From assembly GCF_006345805.1 (NCBI RefSeq), contig NW_021835481.1, positions 5,022 through 69,021 of the forward strand: DNA of 64,000 nt, read 5' to 3'. Below the pieces are notes generated by a model. The model did not search any database. It was not told where the DNA came from and saw only the letters and a list, made by a program, of their open reading frames with translations. The DNA comes from Octopus sinensis. Its lineage: Eukaryota. How positions within the stretch are numbered: the stretch's first letter is position 1; each line of letters begins with the position of its first letter. A program made the position numbers and the translations under genes. This document shows, one piece after another, positions 10,696 to 22,539 of this stretch.

Positions 10696-13600
10696 CATCA
10701 TCATTATCATTGTTTAATGTCCGTTTTCCATGCTAGCATGGGTTGGATGGTTCGATCGGGGTCTGGGAAGCCAGGAGGCTGCACCATGTTCCAGTCTGAT
10801 CTGACAGTGTTTCTACAGCTGGATGCCCTTCCTAATGCCAACAACTCCATGAGTGTAGTGGGTAAATTTTACGTGTCACCGGCACAGGGGCCAGAGGAGG
10901 CTGACAATGGCTACAATCGGTTGGTGCTTTTTACACCAGTTGGTGCTAGTCAAGGCTGTGCTGGCATTGGCCATGTTCAGATGGTGCTTTTTATGTGCCA
11001 CCAGCATGGGTATCACAACTACAATTTCCATTTGATTTTCATTTTGATTTTGATATACTCCTCAAGCACAGCAGGTCACCCTACAATCCAAGGTACTTTT
11101 GAATGGGCTGGGGCTGGTTATGCGAAACTGATGTAGGATACAGCCGTGAACTCACTTTATTTGCCAGGTCTTCACAGTCAGAGCATACCTCCAGAGATCT
11201 CGGTCTTTCATCATTGCCTCTGTGGGCCCCAACATTCAAAGGTCATGCTTGACCACCTCATTCTATGTCTTCCTCAATCTACCTCTACCCTGAATTCCTT
11301 CAACTGTTTGGAAGTTGCACTTCTTCACACATCTCTCCTCATCTATCCATAGTACATGACCATACCAGTGCAAACGTCTCTCTTGTATGTCACAACCAAT
11401 GCTTCTTATGTCCAACATTTCTCTCAGGGCGCTTACACTCTGTCGTGTGTGCACTCTGACATTACGCATCCAGTGGATCATGGTAGCTTTGTTTCTCTCG
11501 AGCCTACACATGTCCTCCGCAGTCACAGCCCATGTTTCACTGCTGTGAAGCATGGCTGTTTGCACACATGCATCGTACAATCTACCTTTCACTCTGAGTG
11601 AGAGGCCCTTTGTCACCAGTAGGGGTAGAAACTTTCTTAACTTTGGCCAGCTTATTTTTATTCTAGTGGTAACACTCTCTGAGCACCCACCTCCCTCCCC
11701 ACTACAGACTTGATCACCTAGGTAGCGGAAGCTATCAACTACTTCTAGTTTCTCCCCCTGGAGTGTGATGGAATCTGTTTTCTGAGCATCTGTGGTGTTT
11801 ATTGCCCCTGTGCATCTGTCGCACGCGAAAGCTATCTTCTCAATTAATCTTACTATGATGTTGCTGCACCTCTTATGTGTCCATAGCTTACACTGGGTAC
11901 ATCCTATAGAGTTTCTACCAAAACCTTTTCTACAGATTGAGCAGGGCCACCTGAGGAGGTGTATGATGTGTTCGCCTTCCTACTTACTAGAACTTTGGTC
12001 TTTGCTACATTGACTCTAAGGCCTTTTGATTCTAAACCTTGCTTCCACACCCGAAATTTCTTTTCTAGTTCTGGTAGTAATTCTGCTATGAGGGCCAGGC
12101 CATCAGCATAGAGGAGCTCTCAAGGGCAACCCATTTTGAATTCCCCTCTTATTGCCTAGAGGACTATGATAAATAAAAGGGGGCTGAAGGCTGAACCTTG
12201 ATGGACTCCTACTTCTACCAGGAATTCTTCACTAATTGCCAATCCTAACCATACTAACGACCTGTCTGTATAGGGCCTGTACAGTCCTTATTCTTAGTAA
12301 CCATTTGTCAGTCCCCAGTTTCTACATCACCCACCAAATATGGGATCGAGGGACCCTGTCAAAGGCTTTCTCCAAGTCCACAAATGCTAAGTATATGGGT
12401 TTATCTTTACCTAGGTATTTCTCATGCAGTTGTCAAACCAGGAATATGGCATCAGTGGTGCTTCTACCTGGCACAAAACCAAACTGCATCTCATCTAATC
12501 AGACACTCTCCCCTTACTAACGGCCTCTCAGTATAGGGCCTGTACAGATCTTATTAACCATTCGTCAATCTCCAATTTCCACATCACCCACCAGATAAGG
12601 GATCGGGGAACCCTGTCAAAAGCTTTCTCCAAGTCCACAAAATCTAAGTACAGGGGTTTATCTTCAGCTAGGTATTTCTCCTGTTGTTGTCAAACCAGGA
12701 ATATGGCATCAGTGGTGCTTCTACCCAGAACAAAACCGAACTGCATCACATCTAAGCAGATGCTCTGCCTAATGAGATGGGCTATGACCCTCTTCATGAC
12801 CTTCATCACCTGATCCAGCAGTTTGATACCCCTGTAGTTATTTCTATCTAGAGCATCACCTTTACCCTTGTAGCAGTTGACTATGGTGCTGCTACGCCAG
12901 TCATTGGGTATGACTCTGTCATGAACTGCCTGGTTTACAATGCAGGTAACTAGGCCATAGCCCACACCACCAGTTGTTTTAAGCATCTCAGCAGTGATTC
13001 CTGATAGGCCAGAGGCTTTTCCTGGCTTCATATCCTTAATTGCTTTATCTACCAGGGAGCTGTCTATTCGGATAGCTGGTCCCTCTACTGGGTCAACATT
13101 TGGCAGGCTCTCATTCTCCACATTCAGCAGTCTTTCATAATGGCTTCTCCAAGCCTCTTTCTTTTCCGAATCATTAAAAGCAAGTGCACCATCTTCGATG
13201 CGGACACATTTCGCTCCTGTGACATCACAATTTTCTCTCACACACTGTTTTGCAATCTGAAATACCTCAGTTCTTTGGTCCTCACATTGATGGACTTTCG
13301 CAAACTTCTTTTCTACTTCTCCCTTGGCTATGCATGCCTACCGCCCAGCCTCCCTTTTGTCTACCTGGTACAGTTCCCTGCTACACGCACCCTCCCAGGC
13401 TTTCCAGGCCTGTTTCTTTAGTGTAATGGCTTTGTCTACCGTACTATTCCATCACCACGTAACTCTAGGTCTTGAAGGGACTTTGCACCATCCGCAGTTT
13501 TGGTCTGTGGCACTCAGCAAGCTGTCCTGTAGGAATTTCCAGCTACCTTCTTTGTTTTAAGACTGTAGTTCCTCTTCCCTCTCATCAAATTTCTTGATGA

Positions 13601-13980
13601 GGATGTCCCTAAATCTCTGACCATTTGAAGGGTTCTTTAGCTTCCCAATCCTTGTTTTAGATTGGTCTGCTTCTTGGTATCCTTCTGGCCTTAAGCCTAA
13701 AGTCACTAATTACTAACCTATGCTGGGGTGTACATTCTTCACCTGGGAGGATCACTGTCTAGTGAGGATGAAAACAATCTGGCTAGCAGAGTCACCTGAT
13801 TGATAGGTTATCAGGTGGCTGTCTGGTTTGCTGAAGTTAGTGTTGCAGATTAAAAGGTTACATGCATCACAGAACTCCAGTAGCCTAGTTCCCTCATTGT
13901 TTCGGGAACCAATACCGTGGCCCCTGTGTACACCAGTGACGATACCTGAATCCCGCCCAACATGCCCATTAAAATCTCCA
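10696..13980 (-). mobile_element. RTE LINE copy B, disrupted
   Basis: GDFNGHVGRDSG (APE), AWRSHYERLLNVEN, QFGFVLGRSTTDAIF and LHWYGHV. There is an internal ~120-bp duplication at ~12300-12540/12540-12770 and a (CAT) tail at ~10694-10711. Confidence 0.9.
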
Positions 13981-14872
13981 TAATAATAACAATAATAAAT
14001 GAGCATGAAAGAGAAGAAGAGAGAAAGAGAGAGAATTGCATTGAACATAGGGATCTTAAGTTTTCACTAGCAGATGGTATGGAAGAAGAAACTGTGTTTA
14101 CATAGATAGATAATGAAATAACAAAGTAATTATAATTTGCACTAAAAAAAAAGGGGTTTTAGATGTGTTTTAGGTTGGAAAACAGAGTTGCTTATCTGAA
14201 CGTTTTCTTGGGTTCTACTTTGTGTGGCAAGATATTAAAATGTGAGGCAGCAGAATCTGAATGAAGCTACTTTATATAGGGTGGGGTTAGGAGCGCGGAG
14301 GTAATGTCGTGTTGGGAGAAGCAAGTGGTTAACGGAACTGAGAGAGAGAGGGAGAGAGAGAGAGTCCATAGTTAGGCTGGGCGAAGACAGAACATGGCGA
14401 GATGGAATTTTTGGAATTTAGAGTAATATAATTCATCAAATGGAATGGATTTAACTTGCCATCATAACAAACTGCTAGGTGAATAACACTGCGAAGCAAC
14501 AAACACTTTGGCTGTTGGTGTGAAAGATTGATGATGATAAGAAGAAGAAGATAGAATTGGACATTTGCATTTTTAACTAGAGTTATAACCAACAGGTTTT
14601 GGTCAGCCAAACTGTGACAAAATTAGATAAATGAATGAATAACAATAATAAATGAGCATGAAAGAGAAGGAGAATTGGATTGAATGTCGGGATCTTTAGT
14701 TTTTTCTAACCTATGGTGTGGAAGACTAAACCATGTTTACATACATAGATAATGAAATAATAAAGTAATTATAATTTGCACTGTAAAAAGAGGTTTTAGA
14801 TGTGTAGTCTGTTGGAAAACAAAGTTGTTTATCTGAACATCTTCTTGGCTTCTACTTTGTAAGGCAAGATTA
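13981..14872. repeat. Unclassified ~650-bp unit with ~240-bp direct terminal redundancy
   Basis: 13988-14235 and 14640-14872 are diverged direct repeats. There is a TATA-like cctatataaa on the minus strand at 14271-14280. Confidence 0.65.
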
Positions 14873-15039
14873 CTCTGTCAGTCTCACCATGAAAAGAGTT
14901 GAGCTTGAAAATGTCATCTGCATATCCGAAGAAAAAAAAGCATAAGAGTGTATTCCAGTTGGTCCATATATATGATGGTTTGCTAAGTTAGATCAAACAG
15001 TGAGTATTGTGCAACACCTGATTATTGATATTAACAAAA

Positions 15040-15165
15040 ATATTAAGTATCCCAACTCTGAGGGTGTGGAAGGTGTGGGCCTGTGAGACCCTGGAATGGG
15101 GGACAGCAGCATCATGTACCTGAAGAGAAAGCTTGCATTTGGCAGAACTCTTAAACATACAATAG
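15040..15165 (-). mobile_element. RTE 5' ORF fragment
   Basis: Closely matches 10205-10330 of RTE copy A. Confidence 0.75.
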
Positions 15166-15336
15166 CCTGTTTTATTTTTCATCTAACTAAAAATATATAA
15201 ACAATATTCATGAGATTACTATTATCACAGTTCTCTTATCCAGCAGAAATAAATATACATATATATATTTTCAAAATCTACACACACACATTCCATTCAT
15301 TTCTCAATATAATTTTTATCACTTTTCCTATTTCAG

Positions 15337-15657
15337 TTTTACCAAAATCAGTCACAATCAAGAGTATTTCTAACACAGTTCCTGTGGAAAATCAGATCAA
15401 AAGTTATGAATGCCTTATTAAAGACACCAACCCTGAATTTTCAGTCTTTTGGTTGATTACCAGGAATGATGGAACACAAAAAAATGCTACAAAGTATATT
15501 TCAAACAAGTCAAGCAAATCAGGAAAGCTGACTACTTTATCATCAGAACTGACATTAACTCTTAATAAGAATTTTAAGAAATTACAGTGTGTTGCATATT
15601 TTCCGGGTAAAAATGAATTTGGTAACCATTCAAAGGAACTCGATTTGCATATAAAAT
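15337..15657 (+). CDS. Ig-domain exon (C2-set/CD80-like) of a nephrin-like multi-Ig cell-surface protein
   Basis: Acceptor ttttcctatttcAG and donor t|GTAAGT; 321 nt, phase 1-1. Encodes LPKSVTI...YECLIKDTNPEFSVFW...SSELTLTLNKNFKKLQCVAY...LDLHIK, with the Ig Cys pair, a Trp and N-glycosylation sequons NAT, NKS and NHS. Confidence 0.88.
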
Positions 15658-15955
15658 GTAAGTTTTTCTTCTTTATCTCTATAAAGCACAAAGTATAGAT
15701 TTGTTCAAAATATTTTTGTGAAATATTTCTTCATTTCTAGATTTATATTTACTACAACAATGAGAAGATTACACAACTTCAGCAGTTTTGAAAAGATTTT
15801 TTGTTTTAATTCACTTTTTTGTTGTTGTAATATCGTATCTCTGAGCAATTATGAACTAGTTGATCCCAAAATATATGTGGTCATTTCTGTAATTTGCCTA
15901 AATTTACTAAAGCATCTACTTCATTGAGTTCTGGTTTCTAGAGTAAGATGTATAA

Positions 15956-16150
15956 TGTTGTGGAAGGATTCCGACCACTTCCTAATGATTAAACATGGAC
16001 TGATACTTTTCTATAAAATAAAGAACTGTCGAGTTGACTCGAGCAGTTGATAGAAAGTGTTTAGCCTCATCTAGCAGCAGTAGTACTACATCATACGAAG
16101 ACCTTACTTTACGCCCAAATCAGAAAATATATCCAACGCAGTAGGCTATA
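15956..16150 (+). mobile_element. Putative 5' LTR of a Gypsy element
   Basis: Starts TG, contains tataaaa/aataaa at 16012-16022, and lies immediately upstream of the PBS and gag. Confidence 0.5.
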
Positions 16151-16154
16151 AAAA

Positions 16155-16164
16155 TGGCGATGAG
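16155..16164 (+). promoter_or_regulatory. Primer-binding site (probably tRNA-Ser(GCT)-type)
   Basis: TGGCGATGAG is one CpG-decay change from TGGCGACGAG, the complement of the tRNA-Ser(GCT) 3' end, and sits between the LTR and gag. Confidence 0.5.
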
Positions 16165-16229
16165 ATATTCGAAGCTTGCATTGAACATTAAAACTTTTGG
16201 TGCAAAACAAAAAATTGTTTAACATGGAG

Positions 16230-17245
16230 GACTTATTGGCCTCCATGCAAAATCAGCATTAACAACAACTACAACAGTAACAACAACAGCAACTACAACA
16301 GCAAAGCCAACAGTTGCTTGGATTAAAATTAAAGAAGTTTAAAAATACTTAAGGTTCATACTCGCCAGAGAGCATAGCAAACTCAGTTGGAGAATTCAGT
16401 TATAATCCAGAAGACTGGATCACCTTCTCTGTATATTCTCAAAGATATGAAGAAATGTTCAAAGAAGAATGTATGGATGGATGAGAAAAAAGTACTACTA
16501 CTTTTAAGAAAGTTATCCCCTGCTGAACATGAAAAATATAGTAGCTATATTCTGCCGAAGAAACCAGGTGAGATTTGTTGTGATGAAATAATTTTTTATT
16601 GAAAGATTTCAGTGAAAGAAGTTCCCTGTTCTGTACTCACTGGTAGTATTTAAATTTGGTTAAAGAAGATGATGAAGATTTTGTCACCTATGCCAGGGTT
16701 GTTAAGAGATTATGAAAAATTCAAATTAAATGAATTAACCCTTGACATGTTCAAATGTCTAATTTTTGATCAAGCAAAGATGCAGATATCCATTTCTGAA
16801 TATTAACAACATTAGAACAAGACCAAAAATTAACTCTGTAGACTGTAGCAGAAGAATGCCAGAGGATTATAAATTTAAGAGATGACGCAGATAAAATTGA
16901 AAGAAAAGATTGCTCTCATATTCATTCATGTTGACCTGAATGAATAGAAAAAAGAAACAAATGTCAAGACCCAATCCATGCTATAGGAATGGAGGTTTAC
17001 ATTTCAAATGTAACTGCTCTTTTAAAAATCTAAAATGCTTTGAGCGTGGAAAAATAGGTCACAAAAGCTCACAATGTAAAAGGAAACGAAAATGTTTAAA
17101 GGTTGAATGAAATAAATTCTGGCAAGAAGGTATTGTCAACAGAAATCCTAAGCAAGGCTCAGAAAAGAAAATTCGAGTTTATAAAAATGAATAAAGTGAA
17201 TATCATGTTACAATTGGATACAGGCAGTGATATCACAATAATTAA
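16230..17245 (+). mobile_element. Ty3/Gypsy gag and protease 5' part (pseudogene)
   Basis: KVLLLLRKLSPAEHEKYSSYILPKKP (K02A2.6-like gag), a Cys/His knuckle at ~16978-17077 and the protease motif QLDTGSDITII at 17211-17243. Confidence 0.85.
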
Positions 17246-20200
17246 GCCTTTAGTGTTTAAACAGGTCATTACTGGCTGAAAATTATTCCTCTTTATTTGT
17301 TTGAACCAGTCAAATCTGCCATATCTGATTTCTCTACAAAATCACTAAAAAGATAAACAAATTATATTATTGAATTCTCGTAGCTTTCAGATAATGCGAG
17401 ATAAAGCCTTTCCCACCTTTATTCAAGTAAAAATATGGTGAAATTTTTGAGACTTCTTGGTTTTTAATGATATGGTATCAGCAAGTAGCAATTCCAACTT
17501 CAAAGATTTTACTCTTGATGATGTATAAAACACAAATGAAAACAGCAATGATTTGTCTGAAGACAAATCATATTCACATTTATGAATCTTCATCAGATGA
17601 GGAAAATTTTTATAATGAAAGTGATATAAATGATATTGAAAACATTATGGCAACATGGTTGAAGATTACTACATCAACCACAATTTCTGATTTCACAGAA
17701 AAGACTGGTCCATAATACAGTCTACCTCCCAATGCTCAATGACTGGACTATCTATTAATTTTTATTTTTACTGAAAAATTTTTTTTGAAACTGTCGCGGA
17801 GGAAACAAATGTTCAAGGCATAATTTATTTTCGCGGAAGACCCGATCCATTATGACAGCCAACTGATACTGTGGAAATGCGAGCTTTTTTTACTATAAAC
17901 ATTATGTTTGGTATCAAGAAGCTTACTCAGCTGAGGAACTAGTGGAATCCTGATATAAGGTATGGTGACCCATATATCTCCAGCATTATGTCTAACTATA
18001 GTTAATTCATATATCATGTAAAAAGCCACAAGGTACCTTCACCACCAAAGGACTACAACCATTTGAAATTTTGGGTTGACATTGCATCTCAGTTATGGGA
18101 GGGCTTTTCTTCCAGAAAGCACAGAACTGGGAGAAAAACAAAATTAACTGAGAGAAAATATTGACTTCCATAAAGTGGAGAAAATGAATGGTAGGGAAAA
18201 AGTTTGCAGATTGTGTTCACTGCAAATAAGTAAAACTCCAAAAGGATATCACTTTGAGACCTCATATATGTGTTTGTTTTGCAAAGTGCCCTTGTGTAAA
18301 GGGTGCTTTGGACAGTTTCACCATAGAAACATGGCATTACTATATTTTGTTGTTTGATAGTAATACTATCATGTATTCTTTTCATTTTATTAGAAATAAT
18401 ATGTGAAAGTGCAAAATACATATTTATTTTCATACATATTTATGTTACACACCTATATTCACCTTTGCCTCACCTATTAATGAGCTTTCTTTATTAGATA
18501 CATTTTGTTATGTAAATGTATTCATTAAATTGTATAAGAGTACATAGCCAATGGTATATTGACTAGTATAAGAGTTTTGTACTAGATGAGATGCAGTTTG
18601 GTTTCTTGCCAGGGAAAAGCACCACTGACGCTATATTTCTGGTAAGACAGCTGCAGGAGAAATACCTAGCCAAAGATAAGCCCCTGTACCTGACTTTCGT
18701 TGACATGGAGAAAGCCTTTGACAGGGTCCCCCAATCCCTTATCTGGTGGTCAATGTGGAAACTAGGGATAGTTGAATGGTTAGTGAGAGCCATGCAAGCC
18801 ATGTACATGAACGCTGTCAGAAAGGTGAGGGTTGGCAACGAGTACAGTGAAGAATTCAGGGTAGAGGTAGGGGTCCATAAAGGTTCAGTCCTCAGCCCCC
18901 TCCTATTTATCATAGTCCTCCAGACAATAATGGTGGAATTCAAGACAGGATGCCCCTGGGAGCTCCTCTATGCTGATGACCTTGCTCTAATTGCTGAGTC
19001 ACTATCAGAACTAGAGCACAAGTTTCAAGTATGGAAAGAAGGATTAGAATCAAAGGGCCTTAGAGTCAACCTAGCTAAAACCAAAGTCCTAATAAGTAGG
19101 AAGGCAGGCAAACCACAAATCCCTTGAAGTAGATGGCTCTGCTTGATCTGTAGAGAAGGCGTAGGTAGAAACTCTATAAGATGTACCCAGTGTAAGCTAT
19201 GGACACATAAGAGGTGCAGCAATATCAAAGGAAGGCTACCTGGGAGGATAGTTTTGTATGTGGCAGATGCTCAGGAGCAATAAATAAAACTGAAAATGTG
19301 CAAAGAACAACTTCCACCACATCCCAGAGAGAATAACTAGTAGTTGATAGCTTCCATTACCTAGGTGACCTAGTCAGTAACGGGGAAGGGTGCACTGAAA
19401 GTGTAGCTGCTAGAATAAGAATAGCCTGGGCAAAGTTCAGAGAGCACTTACCTCTGCTGGTGACAAAGGGCCTCTCTCACAGAATAAAAGGTAGACTGTA
19501 CGACACATGTGTACAATCAGCTACATGGCAGTAAAACATGGGCCGTGACTGCTGAGGACATGCGTAAGCTCACAAAGAATGAAGCCAGCATGCTCCGATG
19601 GATGTGTAATGTCAGTGTGCATACTCGACAGCGTGTTAGTGCCTTGTGAGAAAGTTTAGACCTAAGAAGCATCAGATGTGATGTGCAAGAGAGACAACTG
19701 CGCTGGTATGGTCATGTGGCGAGAATGGATGTGGATAGTTGTGTGAAAAAGTGCCACACCCTAGCAGTTGAGGGAACCTGTGGAAGAGGTAGACCCAGGA
19801 AGACCTGGGATGAGGTAGTGAAGCATGACCTTCAAACACTGGGCCTCACCGAGGCAATGACTAGTGACCGGGACCTCTGGAAATATGCTGCGCTTGAGAA
19901 GACTCAGCAAGCGCAAGTGAGACCATAACCTTATGGTCTATGCCAGGGGTGTAACCAGTCCACTTTTGCATGCCTTTCCTTCATTGGACACTAAACTCTG
20001 CTTGCGAAGACTTGTTGAGGCATAAACTCTGCTTGCGAAGACTTGTTGAGGCAAGTGAAGTCAAAATCGAAATCAAACTCGAAGACTGACATCTGTGTTA
20101 GTGGGGCGCTAAGAGTACCATATGAGTGAGATCGTTGCCAGAGCAACAATCTGGCCTCTGAGCCGATGGCAGGTTAAAAACATCATTGGAGCATGATTGT

Positions 20201-20979
20201 TACCTGCGTTGCCTTACTAGCACTTGTGCTGGTGGCATGGGAAAAAACATTCGAGCGAGGTTGTTGCCAGTGCTGCTGGACTGGCTCCTGTGCAGGTGGC
20301 ACATAAAAAGCGCCTATTAAGCATGGCCGTTGCCAGTACTGCCAGCCTGGCCCCTGTGCCGGTGGCACGTAAAAGCACCCACTACACTCTTGGAGTAGTT
20401 GGTGTTAGGAAGGGCATCTAGCTGTAGAAACTCTGCCAGATCAGACTGGAGTCTGGTGCAGCCATCTGGTTTGCCAGACCTCAAGCAAATCATCCAACCC
20501 ATGTTAGCATGGAAAGCGGACATGAAATGATGATGATGATGATTTTCGATAAGAATATTTGAATGAAATACAGGAAAAGAATAAAATCTTATGCTAATTA
20601 TAAATGTAATTCAAATTAATGTGCTTCTTCTTGAAAAGTGGCAAAATTGTTACTGGTTGAGATTGGGGATGATTTTCGCAACAAATCATATAGGTAAGAT
20701 GCATTAAGAATTTCAGTTTTAGTGTTTATCCATAATGTTATTACTGTTAATTAAATTTACTTGCTCATAAAAGTCAAAGTTAATCAACTAGATCAGCTAA
20801 AATTACATAACTATAATCTTTTGGTATATAAGCACCCACTGACAAAATTTCAAATCTGTATATAAAAAATAACAAAGTTACAAGCAATTATTGTGGACAC
20901 CCCTCTTGAACCTGAATAATTCAAAATAACGTGAACAAATAAGCATTACATTTGACAGATTAATCTGAACACTAAAGAG
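17246..20979 (+). mobile_element. piggyBac-like transposon, internally deleted, with TTAA target duplication
   Basis: TTAA at 17242-17245 and 20980-20983; terminal ctttagtgtt / aacactaaag inverted repeats. Remnants include an acidic N-terminus, EMRAFFTINIMFGIKKL..WNPD and a C-terminal Cys-rich domain, CRLC...CLFCKVPLCKGCFGQFH (18175-18357). Confidence 0.85.
18581..20543 (+). mobile_element. RTE LINE copy C, 5'-truncated, nested in the piggyBac
   Basis: QFGFLPGKSTTDAIF, GVHKGSVLSP, LLYADDL and LRWYGHV; the 3' UTR ends in a (TGA)n tail. Confidence 0.92.
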
Positions 20980-20983
20980 TTAA

Positions 20984-22530
20984 TACAGATACAGGGAGAA
21001 AATTGGGAAACCTAAATTGAAAGAAACTTCAAAAATTGCATGTGGTGTTTCAGTAAAAAAAATTACATTTCAAGGGTGAAATGATAAGTGATATTACATT
21101 TCATGGAAAAACCTTGAAAGTTTTTCTACTAAATAATAGGACAAATTTATTTGGAACAGACTGAATGGAATTATTTAACTTATGGGACCTTTCCATATAT
21201 TTTTCCTGAAAAATGTGAATGGTCTTTCCACCAGTACAAATCAGGTGTCAGAGGAATTAAAATAAAAATTAAAAATGATTTTTCCTGAAGTTTTTTCCTG
21301 ATGAATTAGGTCTTTGCACCAAAAGAAAGGTGAAGTTTCAAGTAAAAGAAGACATTATTCCGGTATTTAAACCAAAACAAACTGTACCTTTCACAGCATT
21401 GAAATAAGTTGATGGGGAATTGAATAGACTTGAAAAGCTTGAGATTATTGGAAAAATTGATCATGCTGAATGGGCATCACCAACAGTTTACGTCAAAGAA
21501 AAGAAAGCAAAATCCACGTATGTGTTAATTTTTCAACAGGGTTAAACAAGTGTTTGATCACTCATAATTAATTGTTACCAGGTCCAGAAGGAATTTTTGC
21601 TAAGTCAAATGATGGGAAAGTTTTTTCAAAGCATACCTACAGATACAAGTGGATTAGGAGTGTTCAAAAGTATTAACAATAAACACTCATAAGGGATTAT
21701 ATTAATTTAATGGATTTCCTTCTGACATAAAAGTTGCTCCAACTATATTCCAACTAGAGATGGATACGAAGCTTGCAGAGTGCAACTTTGTGATGACCTG
21801 CCTGGACAATATAGTAATTAAAAGTGAACCTTGGGACCTGTATGTAGAGCACATAAAGTATGTGTTGGAAAAAATAAGGGATTACAGCTTCACTTTGAGT
21901 GAGGACAAGTGTGAATTCCTACCGAAAATCAAATGTTTAGGGCAAATTATTGATAAAGATGGTCATCAACCAGATCCATCAAAAGCAGATGCATTTAAAA
22001 ATATGCCCTCTTTGACAACTATATCTACTTAAAACCTTTTTCTGAACTTGAAAACTATCATCAAAGTGATATACCAAAGATATATAAGGTAAGAGCTCCA
22101 CTAAATAATCTACTAAAAAAAGATGTAAAAGTGGAATTGGTCTGAAAATTGTCAGAAGGCATTCAACAAAATGAAGAAAATATTAACATCTGATTTGTTG
22201 TTAGTACATTTCGATCCTGTATCAGAGATAGTTGTAGCTTCAAATGCCTCTGAGTATGGTATCAGAGGCAATAATGCTACATAAATATATAGTAACATGA
22301 AGACTGTGGGTCATGCCTCACTTTCTCTGATACCAGCAGAAAAAATTTCAGCCAAATTGAGAAAGAGGCTCTAGCAATTTAGCAATTATTTTTGTTATAA
22401 AAAATTTCATATATTCTTACGCAGTAGAAGTTTTTGATTACAGACTGTTCAGCATCCGTTATTATCTATATACAAGTTGAAGAAAGGAATCCCTACCCAT
22501 ATTGCTAATACATTACAACTCAGAGGTACT
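20984..22530 (+). mobile_element. Ty3/Gypsy protease 3' part, RT and RNase H (pseudogene, no integrase seen)
   Basis: PVFKPKQTVPF...EWASPTVYVK, CLDNIVI (YLDD equivalent), LVHFDP..IVVASNASEYGI and SQIEKEALAI. Confidence 0.85.
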
Positions 22531-22539
22531 ACATATTAC

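Noticed and set aside
10690-13560. Plus-strand ORFs such as 10690-11136 and 13140-13421 (and similar antisense ORFs over other RTEs)
   Set aside because: They are shadow frames antisense to RTE coding or UTR sequence and recur in each copy.
20183-20420. Array of ~60-65-bp repeated units (also 7600-8050, 47940-48230, 27600-27760) resembling a CRISPR or ncRNA array
   Set aside because: The units are diverged, lack unique spacers and recur in each RTE 3' UTR. No cas genes are present and the context is eukaryotic.
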